Positions 1 through 8,308 of a stretch of DNA of 35,272 nucleotides are shown here, in pieces. The stretch spans positions 1 to 35,272 of IMG/VR virus record IMGVR_UViG_3300036767_000520; one strand, 5' to 3'. The stretch is from a virus (lineage: Duplodnaviria; Caudoviricetes). The notes under the pieces were generated by a model. It ran no database searches. It saw nothing but the letters and a program-made list of their open reading frames with translations, and was not told where the DNA came from. A program made the position numbers and the translations under genes. The stretch's first letter is position 1, and every line of letters starts with the position of its first letter.

Positions 1-228
1 GCCCCCCTGTATGGTTTGGTAGCAAGTGATTATGGCAAAACTTTCCAGCATAAGGGCAAGACATTAACCCTAGTTGGCTTTGAAACCTCTCGCTCCAAGT
101 TCCCGATTTGTTGCCGAGACAAAGATGGGAAGGAAACTCTTTTCACCCGAGATATTCTCGCTAAGATCGAAAGAGAAACCTTGTACAGGAAAACAATGGC
201 TGATGACCTTCAGAAAAACAAAGCTTAA
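1..228 (+). CDS. hypothetical phage protein, probably 5'-truncated by the window edge
   Basis: Frame is open from base 1 (APLYGLVASDYGKTF...) to TAA at 228 and is followed by a terminator hairpin. Confidence 0.6.
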   Translation, partial: APLYGLVASDYGKTFQHKGKTLTLVGFETSRSKFPICCRDKDGKETLFTRDILAKIERETLYRKTMADDLQKNKA

Positions 229-238
229 ATCAGTATCG

Positions 239-271
239 AGCCTGCAACCTTAATCGGTTGTAGGCTTTTTT
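239..271 (+). terminator. Rho-independent terminator
   Basis: AGCCTGCAACC-ttaatc-GGTTGTAGGCT stem (one G-U pair) followed by a T run, 10 nt after the stop at 228. Confidence 0.8.
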
Positions 272-339
272 ATTGTTTTAAGTAGTACCGTTTGTATCTG
301 ATGAGGACGCTGTTTACTAATAACAAGGGAGTTTGGTGT

Positions 340-540
340 ATGAACAGTTGGATCGAAAACTACTATCATCTTAACAACCGATTCAACAGACTACTAGGCA
401 CTTATATTTTAAATGGAATTGTCCAGACCTGCGGTCACCGTGAGTGGGAAGACTGTGGGTGCCTTGGGATGAAGTATGCAGGGAAATCCATGCTCCATGC
501 ATACAAGAATGAGGGATGGGAGGTAAAGGATCATACTTAA
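340..540 (+). CDS. hypothetical protein
   Basis: ORF 292..540. ATG at 340 is preceded by AAGGGAG, so it is taken as the start. Confidence 0.55.
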   Translation: MNSWIENYYHLNNRFNRLLGTYILNGIVQTCGHREWEDCGCLGMKYAGKSMLHAYKNEGWEVKDHT

Positions 541-563
541 CCACCAGGAAGCCTTGCAACGAA

Positions 564-776
564 ATGAAAAAAATAAAAATAATAATTGAGGCTAAAATGG
601 AAGTCAGCGATATGGAAGAAGCTTATGAGGCTGTCTTGAATGTTCACCAGATTCTTGCCCATAGAATCTCCACATTAGACCCCAAAGGTTGGGACGTAGT
701 TCGAGGTAAAGTTCGGGAACATTTCCAAATTAAATCTATTAGGGCGGTTGAAGATGGAGGGGATGACAATGGGTGA
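564..776 (+). CDS. hypothetical protein
   Basis: ORF 516..776. Likely start is MKKIKIII at 564. The stop overlaps the next small ORF. Confidence 0.55.
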   Translation: MKKIKIIIEAKMEVSDMEEAYEAVLNVHQILAHRISTLDPKGWDVVRGKVREHFQIKSIRAVEDGGDDNG

Positions 777-870
777 AATAATGATTATATGTTTTTCGTT
801 TCTCGCAATTATTGTCTGGCTTCTCGCAATTATTATGGCGGTTAAAAATAGGGGGAATGATAATGGGTGA
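769..870 (+). CDS. small single-TM peptide, copy 1 (MGEIMIICFSFLAIIVWLLAIIMAVKNRGNDNG)
   Basis: Hand translation, below the ORF-track cutoff. GGAGG RBS at 756-760; hydrophobic stretch; overlaps the upstream stop. Confidence 0.55.
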   Translation: MGEIMIICFSFLAIIVWLLAIIMAVKNRGNDNG

Positions 871-967
871 AATAATCATTGTATGTTTTTGGTTTCTCGC
901 AATTATTATAGTGGGAGGAATCGCTGAAGTGCTTGGAGCAATATTCCATAAGTGGTTTACTAAATAG
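863..967 (+). CDS. small single-TM peptide, copy 2 (MGEIIIVCFWFLAIIIVGGIAEVLGAIFHKWFTK)
   Basis: Hand translation. Paralog of 769..870 with a GGGGGA RBS-like run and the same start/stop overlap. Confidence 0.55.
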   Translation: MGEIIIVCFWFLAIIIVGGIAEVLGAIFHKWFTK

Positions 968-1391
968 CACGAAGGGAGGGCTTTTTGGGCGAATGCAATT
1001 CTTTTTCAAGCATTAAAACTTTCCATTTTAGCAAAGCAATATTTTCCTTCAAACTGGAAATCATTTCTTCCTTTGCGTGAATCAATTCTCTCACCTTATC
1101 CTCCTCCTGGTTTTCATCTGGTTCATCGTCATCTTCTTTGTAGCCTGGATAGTCTGGGGCTTTTCCTTTCCCATCGAGTAACCATCCAAGTTCCTGGTCA
1201 GACAACTTACAGGCTCTGGCGATTCCTGCTAATTTATTATAGGTAGGAGCAACCTCACCCCTAACCCACCTACTAATCTCGGTTGGTTGACATCCTGCTT
1301 TCGTTGCAATGTTTTTCTGTAAATCTGTTTGCATATCTAAAATTCTTTTAAGTCTCCTCCCCAATCTTTTATGTGGGTTTTTTGCAGACAT
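960..1391 (-). CDS. XRE/CI-like HTH repressor with C-terminal coiled coil
   Basis: QKNIATKAGCQPTEISRWVRGEVAP is an HTH_3 pattern, followed by WLLDGKG. ATG 1391 has a GAGGA RBS. The gene diverges from the early operon. No S24 peptidase domain is seen. Confidence 0.8.
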   Translation of the reverse strand: MSAKNPHKRLGRRLKRILDMQTDLQKNIATKAGCQPTEISRWVRGEVAPTYNKLAGIARACKLSDQELGWLLDGKGKAPDYPGYKEDDDEPDENQEEDKVRELIHAKEEMISSLKENIALLKWKVLMLEKELHSPKKPSLRAI

Positions 1392-1471
1392 GGTATCCTC
1401 GCTTTGATCTGACACTTTAAAGCTAGTAAAACTGAATAAACAGACTACCTTACAAGCGTGTTAAAAAGTTG

Positions 1472-1500
1472 TTGACAAGATATGTAATATTGTTTATTAT
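1472..1500 (+). promoter_or_regulatory. sigma70-type rightward promoter for the recombination/replication operon
   Basis: TTGACA (1472-1477), 17 nt spacer, TATTAT (1495-1500). Confidence 0.7.
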
Positions 1501-1547
1501 CATATTTGTTAACAGTAATAAATCTTGCATAGTTTATGCGATTAATT

Positions 1548-1575
1548 ATTGTACAACTTTTACTAAGCTTGTCAA
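1548..1575 (-). promoter_or_regulatory. sigma70-type leftward promoter for the repressor
   Basis: On the - strand: TTGACA (1575-1570), 16 nt spacer, TACAAT (1553-1548). Confidence 0.55.
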
Positions 1576-1647
1576 CGGTTAATGCCTACCCAGTATTAGG
1601 ATAAGACACCAAGCCCCGCAAAATCAATCATTTCAGAAAGGGACAAA

Positions 1648-2520
1648 ATGCTAACAGACAAGCAAATTGAGAAAAGGAAATCGGGATTATTTGGGACTGA
1701 TGCATCCGCAATCGAAGGGACTAGTGAGTTTCTTGGTGCATACGAACTGTATAAGATTAAGCGTGGTGAGGTTTCTGATGAAGTAGCCCCCAACCTAGCG
1801 ATGGCACTCGGTCATAACTGCGAACCCTCCAACGTAAAAGCAATTGCCAAGGCAATAAACAAAAAAGTAAGGGGTAGCAATAGAACTATTTGGAACAAAA
1901 AATTGCTTTGCCCAAAAGGCAAACCTTTTTTGGGCGCTCATCTTGATGGGAAAGTTGTTGGTGAGAGAACAATCGTTGAGTGTAAAAATGTTCACTATAG
2001 AGCGGAAGCTAAATGGGGTGAACAGGGTAGCGATGAAATCCCCCCAAGCTACCGATCTCAAATTAAACATTATTGTTTAGTTACTGGGATGCGGAACGTA
2101 ATCGTTGGAGCAATCTTCATGTCATGGCCTGAACATAAAATTTTTAACGTGACATTTTCCGAGGAAGAAATAGCCGAACTTTATGAAAAGGAGTGGGGGT
2201 TTTGGAGCAGGGTTCAGCAGGGAATTGAACCTTCAGTAGATTCAACAAAAGGTTGTGAGCAAGCCCTCCGCAGGCAATGGCCTAGAGTCATCGATACAGA
2301 AGACATGGCTCAATCTGACGAAACCGTTGATAAAACTCTCTTGCTCATGGGGAAAAATAAGGAGGAGATGAAAAAATTAAGAGATGAAGAGTCACGGCTG
2401 AAAAACATTATCAGGCAGAAGATGGAAGACCGCCCTCTTTTGGTACACCCAGAAGGTTACACCGTTGCGTCTTACAAGGAAGACAAAAACGGCAATCGTG
2501 TTTTAAGGATCGTTAAATAA
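1648..2520 (+). CDS. YqaJ-like / lambda-exonuclease-family recombination nuclease
   Basis: RKSGLFGTDASAI, MALGHNCE, LGAHLDG...VECKN and Y-x-x-QIKHY match the YqaJ PD-(D/E)xK pattern. Confidence 0.88.
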   Translation: MLTDKQIEKRKSGLFGTDASAIEGTSEFLGAYELYKIKRGEVSDEVAPNLAMALGHNCEPSNVKAIAKAINKKVRGSNRTIWNKKLLCPKGKPFLGAHLDGKVVGERTIVECKNVHYRAEAKWGEQGSDEIPPSYRSQIKHYCLVTGMRNVIVGAIFMSWPEHKIFNVTFSEEEIAELYEKEWGFWSRVQQGIEPSVDSTKGCEQALRRQWPRVIDTEDMAQSDETVDKTLLLMGKNKEEMKKLRDEESRLKNIIRQKMEDRPLLVHPEGYTVASYKEDKNGNRVLRIVK

Positions 2521-2543
2521 ATCATCAAAAAGGAGAACAAAAA

Positions 2544-3221
2544 ATGGCAACATCTAGCAATTTATTTCTCTCGCCAGTAGGCCTTGCAGACTTTGCAATC
2601 CTGCATGAGCCAAGAAAATGGAGCGAGTCGCATCATAAATCAATCTATGATGCAGAAAATGGAGAGTACTCTACGGGGTTGGTTATTGGCAATGAGGAAG
2701 GTAAACATTTTAAAACTATTGTAGATGGCTACGTCCAAAAGAAGTTAACCGAGACAATAGAGGAAGCTTTTGCGGATTTAAAAGAAAATAAGCCAAAGAA
2801 GGTAGACAAGTATAAGAACGCTATGGATTGGCAGAAAGCAGAAAATGTTTTCACCCCTTACTACCCATATACCCAGATTGAGGATGAAGATGGAGAAGCG
2901 TTGGATGCTTGGAAATTTAAGTTCAAGCGGAAAGCTAAAACCATGTACAGGGATAAGGCTTCAGGAGAGCAAAAAGAGTATACCTTTATTCCACTGTTTG
3001 CAAATAAGGAAGGCGAACCTCTCGGATCTGACTATTTTGAAGAAAATGGCCTCATAGGTAACGATTCAGAAATGCGAATCAGATACAAGCCATACTCTTG
3101 GGTTAACAAAAAGAATGAAGTTGGAGTGAAGCTTGATATTTATCACATTCAATTATTGAATCACATTCCTTATCAGGTTTCTGGGTCACAAGACAAAGGT
3201 CCGCTGTTTGACCCTCTATAG
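2544..3221 (+). CDS. single-stranded DNA-binding protein, T7 gp2.5-like
   Basis: AGGAG RBS. Motifs SPVGLA, GEYST, KFKFKRKAK, IGNDSEMRI and VGVKLDIYHIQLL are typical of gp2.5/DUF2815 SSBs. Confidence 0.7.
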   Translation: MATSSNLFLSPVGLADFAILHEPRKWSESHHKSIYDAENGEYSTGLVIGNEEGKHFKTIVDGYVQKKLTETIEEAFADLKENKPKKVDKYKNAMDWQKAENVFTPYYPYTQIEDEDGEALDAWKFKFKRKAKTMYRDKASGEQKEYTFIPLFANKEGEPLGSDYFEENGLIGNDSEMRIRYKPYSWVNKKNEVGVKLDIYHIQLLNHIPYQVSGSQDKGPLFDPL

Positions 3222-3478
3222 AAAGTAGTTCATGGAGAGCGACATTCCTCCAGAGCCAGACCCATGCAGACAGGGGCTTAAAATGGCTGACCTGCTAACG
3301 AAATGCGTTCTAAGGGTATCGCATCGGATTAGTTATATGAGAGTCGCTCCGCTTGGTTGGGGCTTACCGTCCCCCGCTCAATACACTTGATTGTGTTCAT
3401 TTTTACCAAGTGCATATATCTCTAAAGGTTGGCAAGTCTGCGTTTTTTTAACATATACATAAAAGAATAGGAGTTGAA

Positions 3479-3829
3479 ATGGTTTTATTGGATACACATT
3501 TATTGACGGCTGTCGCACAAATTGAAGACTCTTTGAAAGTGATAAAACAGCAGGCTCTTGCTTTTGCTGACCCCACAATTAAATTTAACAAGCCCACATT
3601 GATGAAAAAAAAGTACCAAGACATGGGGAAAAGTCAGGCTTTGGTTTCCGCTATGATGGAAAATTCTAGCTGTATGAATGTGAACGATATAGCAAATGAG
3701 CTTTTTGACCTCAAGGATATTACTCCTGACGAAAGAACAAGGCACATGAAAGCACTCAATACTATCATCACTAGAACCCCAGAAGTTATTTCAGCAGGGA
3801 GTAAGCGAGGCTACTGGAAGCTCCGATAA
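3479..3829 (+). CDS. hypothetical protein with probable C-terminal winged helix
   Basis: AGGAG RBS. MNVNDIANEL...KRGYWKL resembles a wHTH with its wing. Lies just upstream of the integrase. Confidence 0.6.
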   Translation: MVLLDTHLLTAVAQIEDSLKVIKQQALAFADPTIKFNKPTLMKKKYQDMGKSQALVSAMMENSSCMNVNDIANELFDLKDITPDERTRHMKALNTIITRTPEVISAGSKRGYWKLR

Positions 3830-3942
3830 AAAATAGGAAGGACAGGAAACGCAGGTATCCGCTATGAAGTTCTGGAATTAAAATCCATATGTGATAAGAT
3901 AAAGCGGTCAAACTGCGTTTCTCTGCCTGATGGAGAAAAAAA

Positions 3943-5067
3943 ATGGACGCAAAAATCAGGAAGAGAAAAGATCGAGGAAATGTTTTTTACATCGAGGGAA
4001 CAATTTTTGGACAAAAAGTTAGAGAGTCTACTTTCACAAAGGATCAAGGGGAAGCGGAATTAATCTTTGCTCGATTTGTTGAAGAGCGGAAGAAAGCCTT
4101 TCTTGGGGGTGACGCAACAGAGCCAACCTTTAATGAGGTTGCTATTGTGCATATCAATAGTGAGTGTAAAAAATCAGTAGACAAGGATTTTGAATACATT
4201 CACGCACTCAAGCCATACATCGGCAATCTGCCCTTCAATAAAATAAAGAGAGTTCTTGGTAAAAATTCCGAACTTACTCCCTTTATCAAACAGAAGGCTT
4301 TTGAGAACAAGTCCATTACCACGGTGAATAAACATTTAAGCTTTCTTAACACGCTAGGAAATAAGGCAAGGGTGAAGTACGATTTGATTTCAACCTGGAA
4401 CCCTGTCCTCCTCTTATCTCAAGAAGAAGGGAGGAAGTTTGGGTTGAAACCGCCAGTAAAGAAAAAGCATCTTACAAGAGAGATGGAAACTATTCTCATA
4501 AACCATCTCCCAGAAGAGCTAAGAGAGCCTGTAATCGTTGCCATCAATACTGGTTTTAGGGAGAATCTCCTTTGCGGATTAAAATGGGATTGGTTGAAAA
4601 AAGACAGCGGAACGGTTTGGTTTTTTGAAGTACCCAAGGAAGAGATGAAAAATTTTGAGTACTTGGAGGAAGATCAGGTGTTTGTTTTAAATTCCATAGC
4701 TAGGGAAATAATACAATCCAGAGAACATAATGGATCTGAATATGTTTTCCCTCATCCTAGTAGTAAGGTTAAGAGCCTAAGAAAGCTCAATACAACCTCC
4801 TACAGAGCTGCTAGGGTGAGGGGAGCTTTACAGATCCCTGATCTTAAAGAAACTGATGTGCATTCGTTCCGTAGGACTTTCGCAACCAGACTCGCAGAAA
4901 AAATGATCCCTTATGATTTTATTCAGCGGTTGCTCGGTCATAAAATCCAAACTCAAACTGAAGACTATATTCGCTATTCTCCAGTAATGAGAGCTAGATT
5001 CTATGACTACGTTGAATTGATTGTAGGGGAACAGGCTATTAAGGTGAGGCTATTTGCCTCAAAATAA
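3943..5067 (+). CDS. int: tyrosine recombinase / phage integrase
   Basis: Catalytic residues in order: TGFR, HSFRRTFAT (H-x-x-R), LLGHK, TEDY. N-terminal arm-binding-like segment; GGAG RBS. Confidence 0.92.
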   Translation: MDAKIRKRKDRGNVFYIEGTIFGQKVRESTFTKDQGEAELIFARFVEERKKAFLGGDATEPTFNEVAIVHINSECKKSVDKDFEYIHALKPYIGNLPFNKIKRVLGKNSELTPFIKQKAFENKSITTVNKHLSFLNTLGNKARVKYDLISTWNPVLLLSQEEGRKFGLKPPVKKKHLTREMETILINHLPEELREPVIVAINTGFRENLLCGLKWDWLKKDSGTVWFFEVPKEEMKNFEYLEEDQVFVLNSIAREIIQSREHNGSEYVFPHPSSKVKSLRKLNTTSYRAARVRGALQIPDLKETDVHSFRRTFATRLAEKMIPYDFIQRLLGHKIQTQTEDYIRYSPVMRARFYDYVELIVGEQAIKVRLFASK

Positions 5068-5120
5068 TACACCGCAGGCGAGGTATAGCCATAAAAAGGC
5101 TTTTAGAAATAACGATAATA

Positions 5121-5231
5121 ATGTATTCAGTCCTCTGTTTACCAGAACACTCGGTTGTATTTTTAACCTTGTTCTTCTTTTTAATAATACTGCTCCAAAG
5201 GGTTCTATTTCCCGATGATATCACGAATTAA
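5121..5231 (+). CDS. possible small TM peptide (MYSVLCLPEHSVVFLTLFFFLIILLQRVLFPDDITN)
   Basis: Hand translation. Fills the gap after int and has a hydrophobic core, but no clear RBS. Confidence 0.3.
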   Translation: MYSVLCLPEHSVVFLTLFFFLIILLQRVLFPDDITN

Positions 5232-5418
5232 AGTTTACGATGGAAACGGCACGTTGAAGAAAATAATTGAACCAGAGGACGCTCAAAAGCTTTGGGACTC
5301 TTCTATAACATTGTCAAGGGGTGAGAGAAAAGCATGGAATCGCATGAAAACAGATGAAGTGGTTTTTGTAAGGAAGAAACCTCGCCAAGGAAAGAAATAT
5401 ATTCCTGTTTCTTATTAA
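5215..5418 (+). CDS. hypothetical protein, N-terminus paralogous to 8301..8750
   Basis: IKVYDGNGTLKKII aligns with VRIFDGKGKLKRVV. Confidence 0.65.
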   Translation: MISRIKVYDGNGTLKKIIEPEDAQKLWDSSITLSRGERKAWNRMKTDEVVFVRKKPRQGKKYIPVSY

Positions 5419-5477
5419 ATAACAAAATTAATTCGCTTGCCTTATAGCTGAACATATCTGTATATTAATAGGAATTT

Positions 5478-5699
5478 ATGGCTACTAAAATAAAAGTAAT
5501 GAAAAAAAGAATTGCCAAGATAGGGAAAGAAATATCTGAAGCAGAACATGAATACAATTCCATCAAGAGGACTTTAGTTCCTAACGATCCTACAAACAAT
5601 TCCAGATTATCTAAAAATGAGATGCATCGTATCAGAGTTAGAATTGAAGAATTGAAAAAGGAAAACAAGAAGTTAATGGATGAGGCCTTCAATTTCTAA
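5478..5699 (+). CDS. hypothetical coiled-coil protein
   Basis: 73 aa, AGGA RBS, TAATG coupling to the next gene. Confidence 0.65.
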   Translation: MATKIKVMKKRIAKIGKEISEAEHEYNSIKRTLVPNDPTNNSRLSKNEMHRIRVRIEELKKENKKLMDEAFNF

Positions 5700-6064
5700 T
5701 GAACGCTAAAGAATTGGTAACAGCTTTAAAAGATATTTATTTTGCAAGATTTGGATCGCCAACTGTAATCGATTGGAAGATCCATCCAAAGAATCTAAAA
5801 AATCTTATGGAGAGTGGGTTTTCTGCGGAGATGTTAATTGCAAGATGGGACTATCTACTTGGGTGTGACGATGACTTCTTACAAAGCTTTAGAAATATCA
5901 GCGGATTTATCAAGATGTTTGACAAAGTCAATACACTCTACAACAACGAAACCCCCCAAGGGAGCGGAAGACCAAGTGGATCTCTTAAATCCCAAAAGGC
6001 AAAAGCTAGGCAGTTTTATAAAACGAAACAAGAGAAATATGATGAAGAAATACTGGGAAAATAA
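5699..6064 (+). CDS. hypothetical protein, possible replication initiator or helicase loader
   Basis: Translationally coupled and directly upstream of dnaB. Function is inferred from position only. Confidence 0.55.
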   Translation: MNAKELVTALKDIYFARFGSPTVIDWKIHPKNLKNLMESGFSAEMLIARWDYLLGCDDDFLQSFRNISGFIKMFDKVNTLYNNETPQGSGRPSGSLKSQKAKARQFYKTKQEKYDEEILGK

Positions 6065-7397
6065 CCTACCCCCACACTCGGAGGAAGCGGAGAAGAGTGT
6101 CCTTGGTGCAATACTTCTGGACAACTCTTCTATTCATAAGGTAAAGGCAGTCATCAGGGAAGATGACTTCTACAAGAAAAATCACAAAAGCCTATACAAG
6201 GCTATGGTGAAGTTGAGCGAGAAGGGTGAAAGCTTAGATGTACTAACACTATCATCTGAATTAAAAGAGCGAAAAATTTTTGAAGAGATGGGCGGTTTAC
6301 CTTGGTTGAGCCTGCTTGAAGACTATATGCCTACTGCTACATCAATTACTCACCATGCAAAGTTGGTGAAAAAGTTATCCATTCAAAGAAAATATTTGGA
6401 CAAAACGTACTACCGAGTGGAAAAGGCTTTCGTGGGACTTGAAGATCCCGCTCTTTTCCTTCAAGAAGCTCACACCGAATTGTTTGAATTGGCAATGGAG
6501 TTAGAAACAACTATAGCCAAAAAAGATTACTACTCGCCAGAGGAACTAAGCACCATTGGTTATGAGCAGGCAGAAGAGCGATACAAAAATCCATCTTCAG
6601 CACCAGGCATCTGTACTGGTTACCCGAAACTTGATCAGGTACTGCGTGGGTTACCAGACTTGACGATTTTGTCAGCTTCTACAAGCCGAGGTAAATCTGC
6701 ACTCGGTCTAAACATGGCAGTTCACATGAGTGTCTATTCTAAAATTCCTACCTTGTTTTTGAATTATGAAATGGAAAGAAATGGAATGATCAATCGAGTC
6801 GCAGGAATATTGAGCGGAGTGCCTTGCAACAATATTGCTACAGGTTCTTACGACAACAATGAATTTAACTTTGAAAGAGTCTCAAGATATTTTGACGCTC
6901 TAAGCAAAAGTAAATTTTACATGACCGGGAACGAACCAAAAAATATTCATCAGACTTTAAATATCATTCTTGAGCATAAAGTGAAATACGGCATCAAGGT
7001 AGTTGTGCTTGATTACTTGGGCGAGATCGATCCAACCCCAGAGGATCTAAAGAGAGGTGAGTATATTACGTTTGGCAATTGGACACAAATGTTAAAAGGA
7101 TTTTGTGCCAAGCATGATATTAAACTCATCCTTATTGCCCAGTTGAACAGGGATGCAGATGAGGGGGGTGCTTCAAGAGCCAAGATTGGCGGTTCGTGGA
7201 AGATCGCCCAGAAAGCAGATGCATTTTTGATCTGGGACTATGAAATGGTAGACAACGATGATCATATAGCTGATCAAACTCAACCAGAGCAATTCCAACA
7301 GTTCTTTATAAAGGTCGATAAAAACCGAAACGGTGTAGCACCAAGAACTATCTACTATGACTTCAACAAAGCAAGCCAAAACATTGCCGAGCTTTAG
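6039..7397 (+). CDS. dnaB: replicative DNA helicase DnaB-like (SF4)
   Basis: PPHSEEAEKSVLGAILLD N-terminus, Walker A ASTSRGKS, NYEM, VVVLDYL, IAQLNR, KNRNG. Start moved from 5838 to ATG 6039. Confidence 0.95.
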   Translation: MMKKYWENNLPPHSEEAEKSVLGAILLDNSSIHKVKAVIREDDFYKKNHKSLYKAMVKLSEKGESLDVLTLSSELKERKIFEEMGGLPWLSLLEDYMPTATSITHHAKLVKKLSIQRKYLDKTYYRVEKAFVGLEDPALFLQEAHTELFELAMELETTIAKKDYYSPEELSTIGYEQAEERYKNPSSAPGICTGYPKLDQVLRGLPDLTILSASTSRGKSALGLNMAVHMSVYSKIPTLFLNYEMERNGMINRVAGILSGVPCNNIATGSYDNNEFNFERVSRYFDALSKSKFYMTGNEPKNIHQTLNIILEHKVKYGIKVVVLDYLGEIDPTPEDLKRGEYITFGNWTQMLKGFCAKHDIKLILIAQLNRDADEGGASRAKIGGSWKIAQKADAFLIWDYEMVDNDDHIADQTQPEQFQQFFIKVDKNRNGVAPRTIYYDFNKASQNIAEL

Positions 7398-7950
7398 CGA
7401 GAGGGCTTCAATTGCTGTAGCCAACAAAGATGGCATCGATACATCTATCCCCAAGATATTAGTTTTCTTTGAGGATAAGTGGAGGGACAAATATCTCCAG
7501 GCTCTCAAAGAGGCTAATGGGATGAAAAAAGAATCTGCCCGTTCAAAAATAATCGCCCTTGATACAGTTCTTAGAGAAATAAGAATAACGATGGCAGATG
7601 AATATGTGAGGAATTTTGCTTTCATGGGCTATTGCGTCATTTACTCCACAAGGTTGGATGAGGAAGTAATTGTTTGTAGGGATGATATGGTCGCTCAAAT
7701 CGTTAAAGAGGAAAAGAAGGGAATCGCAGTTTATACAGAAGATGAATTGGAGCATCTAAGAGGTGCTTCTGACCAAGAACTAAGGAGCCTACATGACGCA
7801 CACACAATCTTTACAGGTAAATTCGTTGACCCTCAATTATTGGGAAAGAGTGATTTGCGAAATTATGGGACCAAGAAGAAAACTCGATTCGGACAAGCAA
7901 AAAAGAAAAACCCGAAATACGCTCGGTTCAAAAAGTCAAATTCATCTTGA
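7357..7950 (+). CDS. hypothetical protein
   Basis: 197-aa ORF in the operon, overlapping the dnaB end; basic C-terminal tail. Confidence 0.65.
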   Translation: MTSTKQAKTLPSFSERASIAVANKDGIDTSIPKILVFFEDKWRDKYLQALKEANGMKKESARSKIIALDTVLREIRITMADEYVRNFAFMGYCVIYSTRLDEEVIVCRDDMVAQIVKEEKKGIAVYTEDELEHLRGASDQELRSLHDAHTIFTGKFVDPQLLGKSDLRNYGTKKKTRFGQAKKKNPKYARFKKSNSS

Positions 7951-8308
7951 TTACTTAGGGTTCATTGGTGAATTAGCTTTTGCGAAAATGCACAATCTTT
8001 ATCCCAATTTTATCGACAAGCCTGATAATAAATGGGACTACAAATTAAAGGATGGGAGAACAGTAGATGTCAAAACAACCGCTCACGAACAAGGTAAAAA
8101 GAAAAGACTGCTCATCAAGACTTCAGAGGCTTCACGGCTTAATTCAGATTTATATGCTCTCATGTACGTTGACTTGGCAAACCTGCAAGTTACGCTCAAA
8201 GGCTTTGCAACTCCTAGAATGGTTATGGAAGCGAGTATCATAAATTTCGGCTATGGGCATTCGTTTGCTATAGAGTTTGAGGAATTGAAAGATTTATCGG
8301 ATGTATGA
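7793..8308 (+). CDS. PD-(D/E)xK restriction-endonuclease-fold protein
   Basis: GFIGELAF...WDY...TVDVKTT motif; AAGGAG RBS before ATG 7793. Confidence 0.65.
   Translation: MTHTQSLQVNSLTLNYWERVICEIMGPRRKLDSDKQKRKTRNTLGSKSQIHLDYLGFIGELAFAKMHNLYPNFIDKPDNKWDYKLKDGRTVDVKTTAHEQGKKKRLLIKTSEASRLNSDLYALMYVDLANLQVTLKGFATPRMVMEASIINFGYGHSFAIEFEELKDLSDV

Noticed and set aside
5068-5214. attP site or tRNA fragment downstream of the integrase
   Set aside because: No tRNA-like core or arm-type repeats were recognised. It cannot be called without the host sequence.
5838-6038. N-terminal extension of DnaB in the ORF track
   Set aside because: It starts at TTG inside another plausible gene. DnaB similarity begins only at about 6039.
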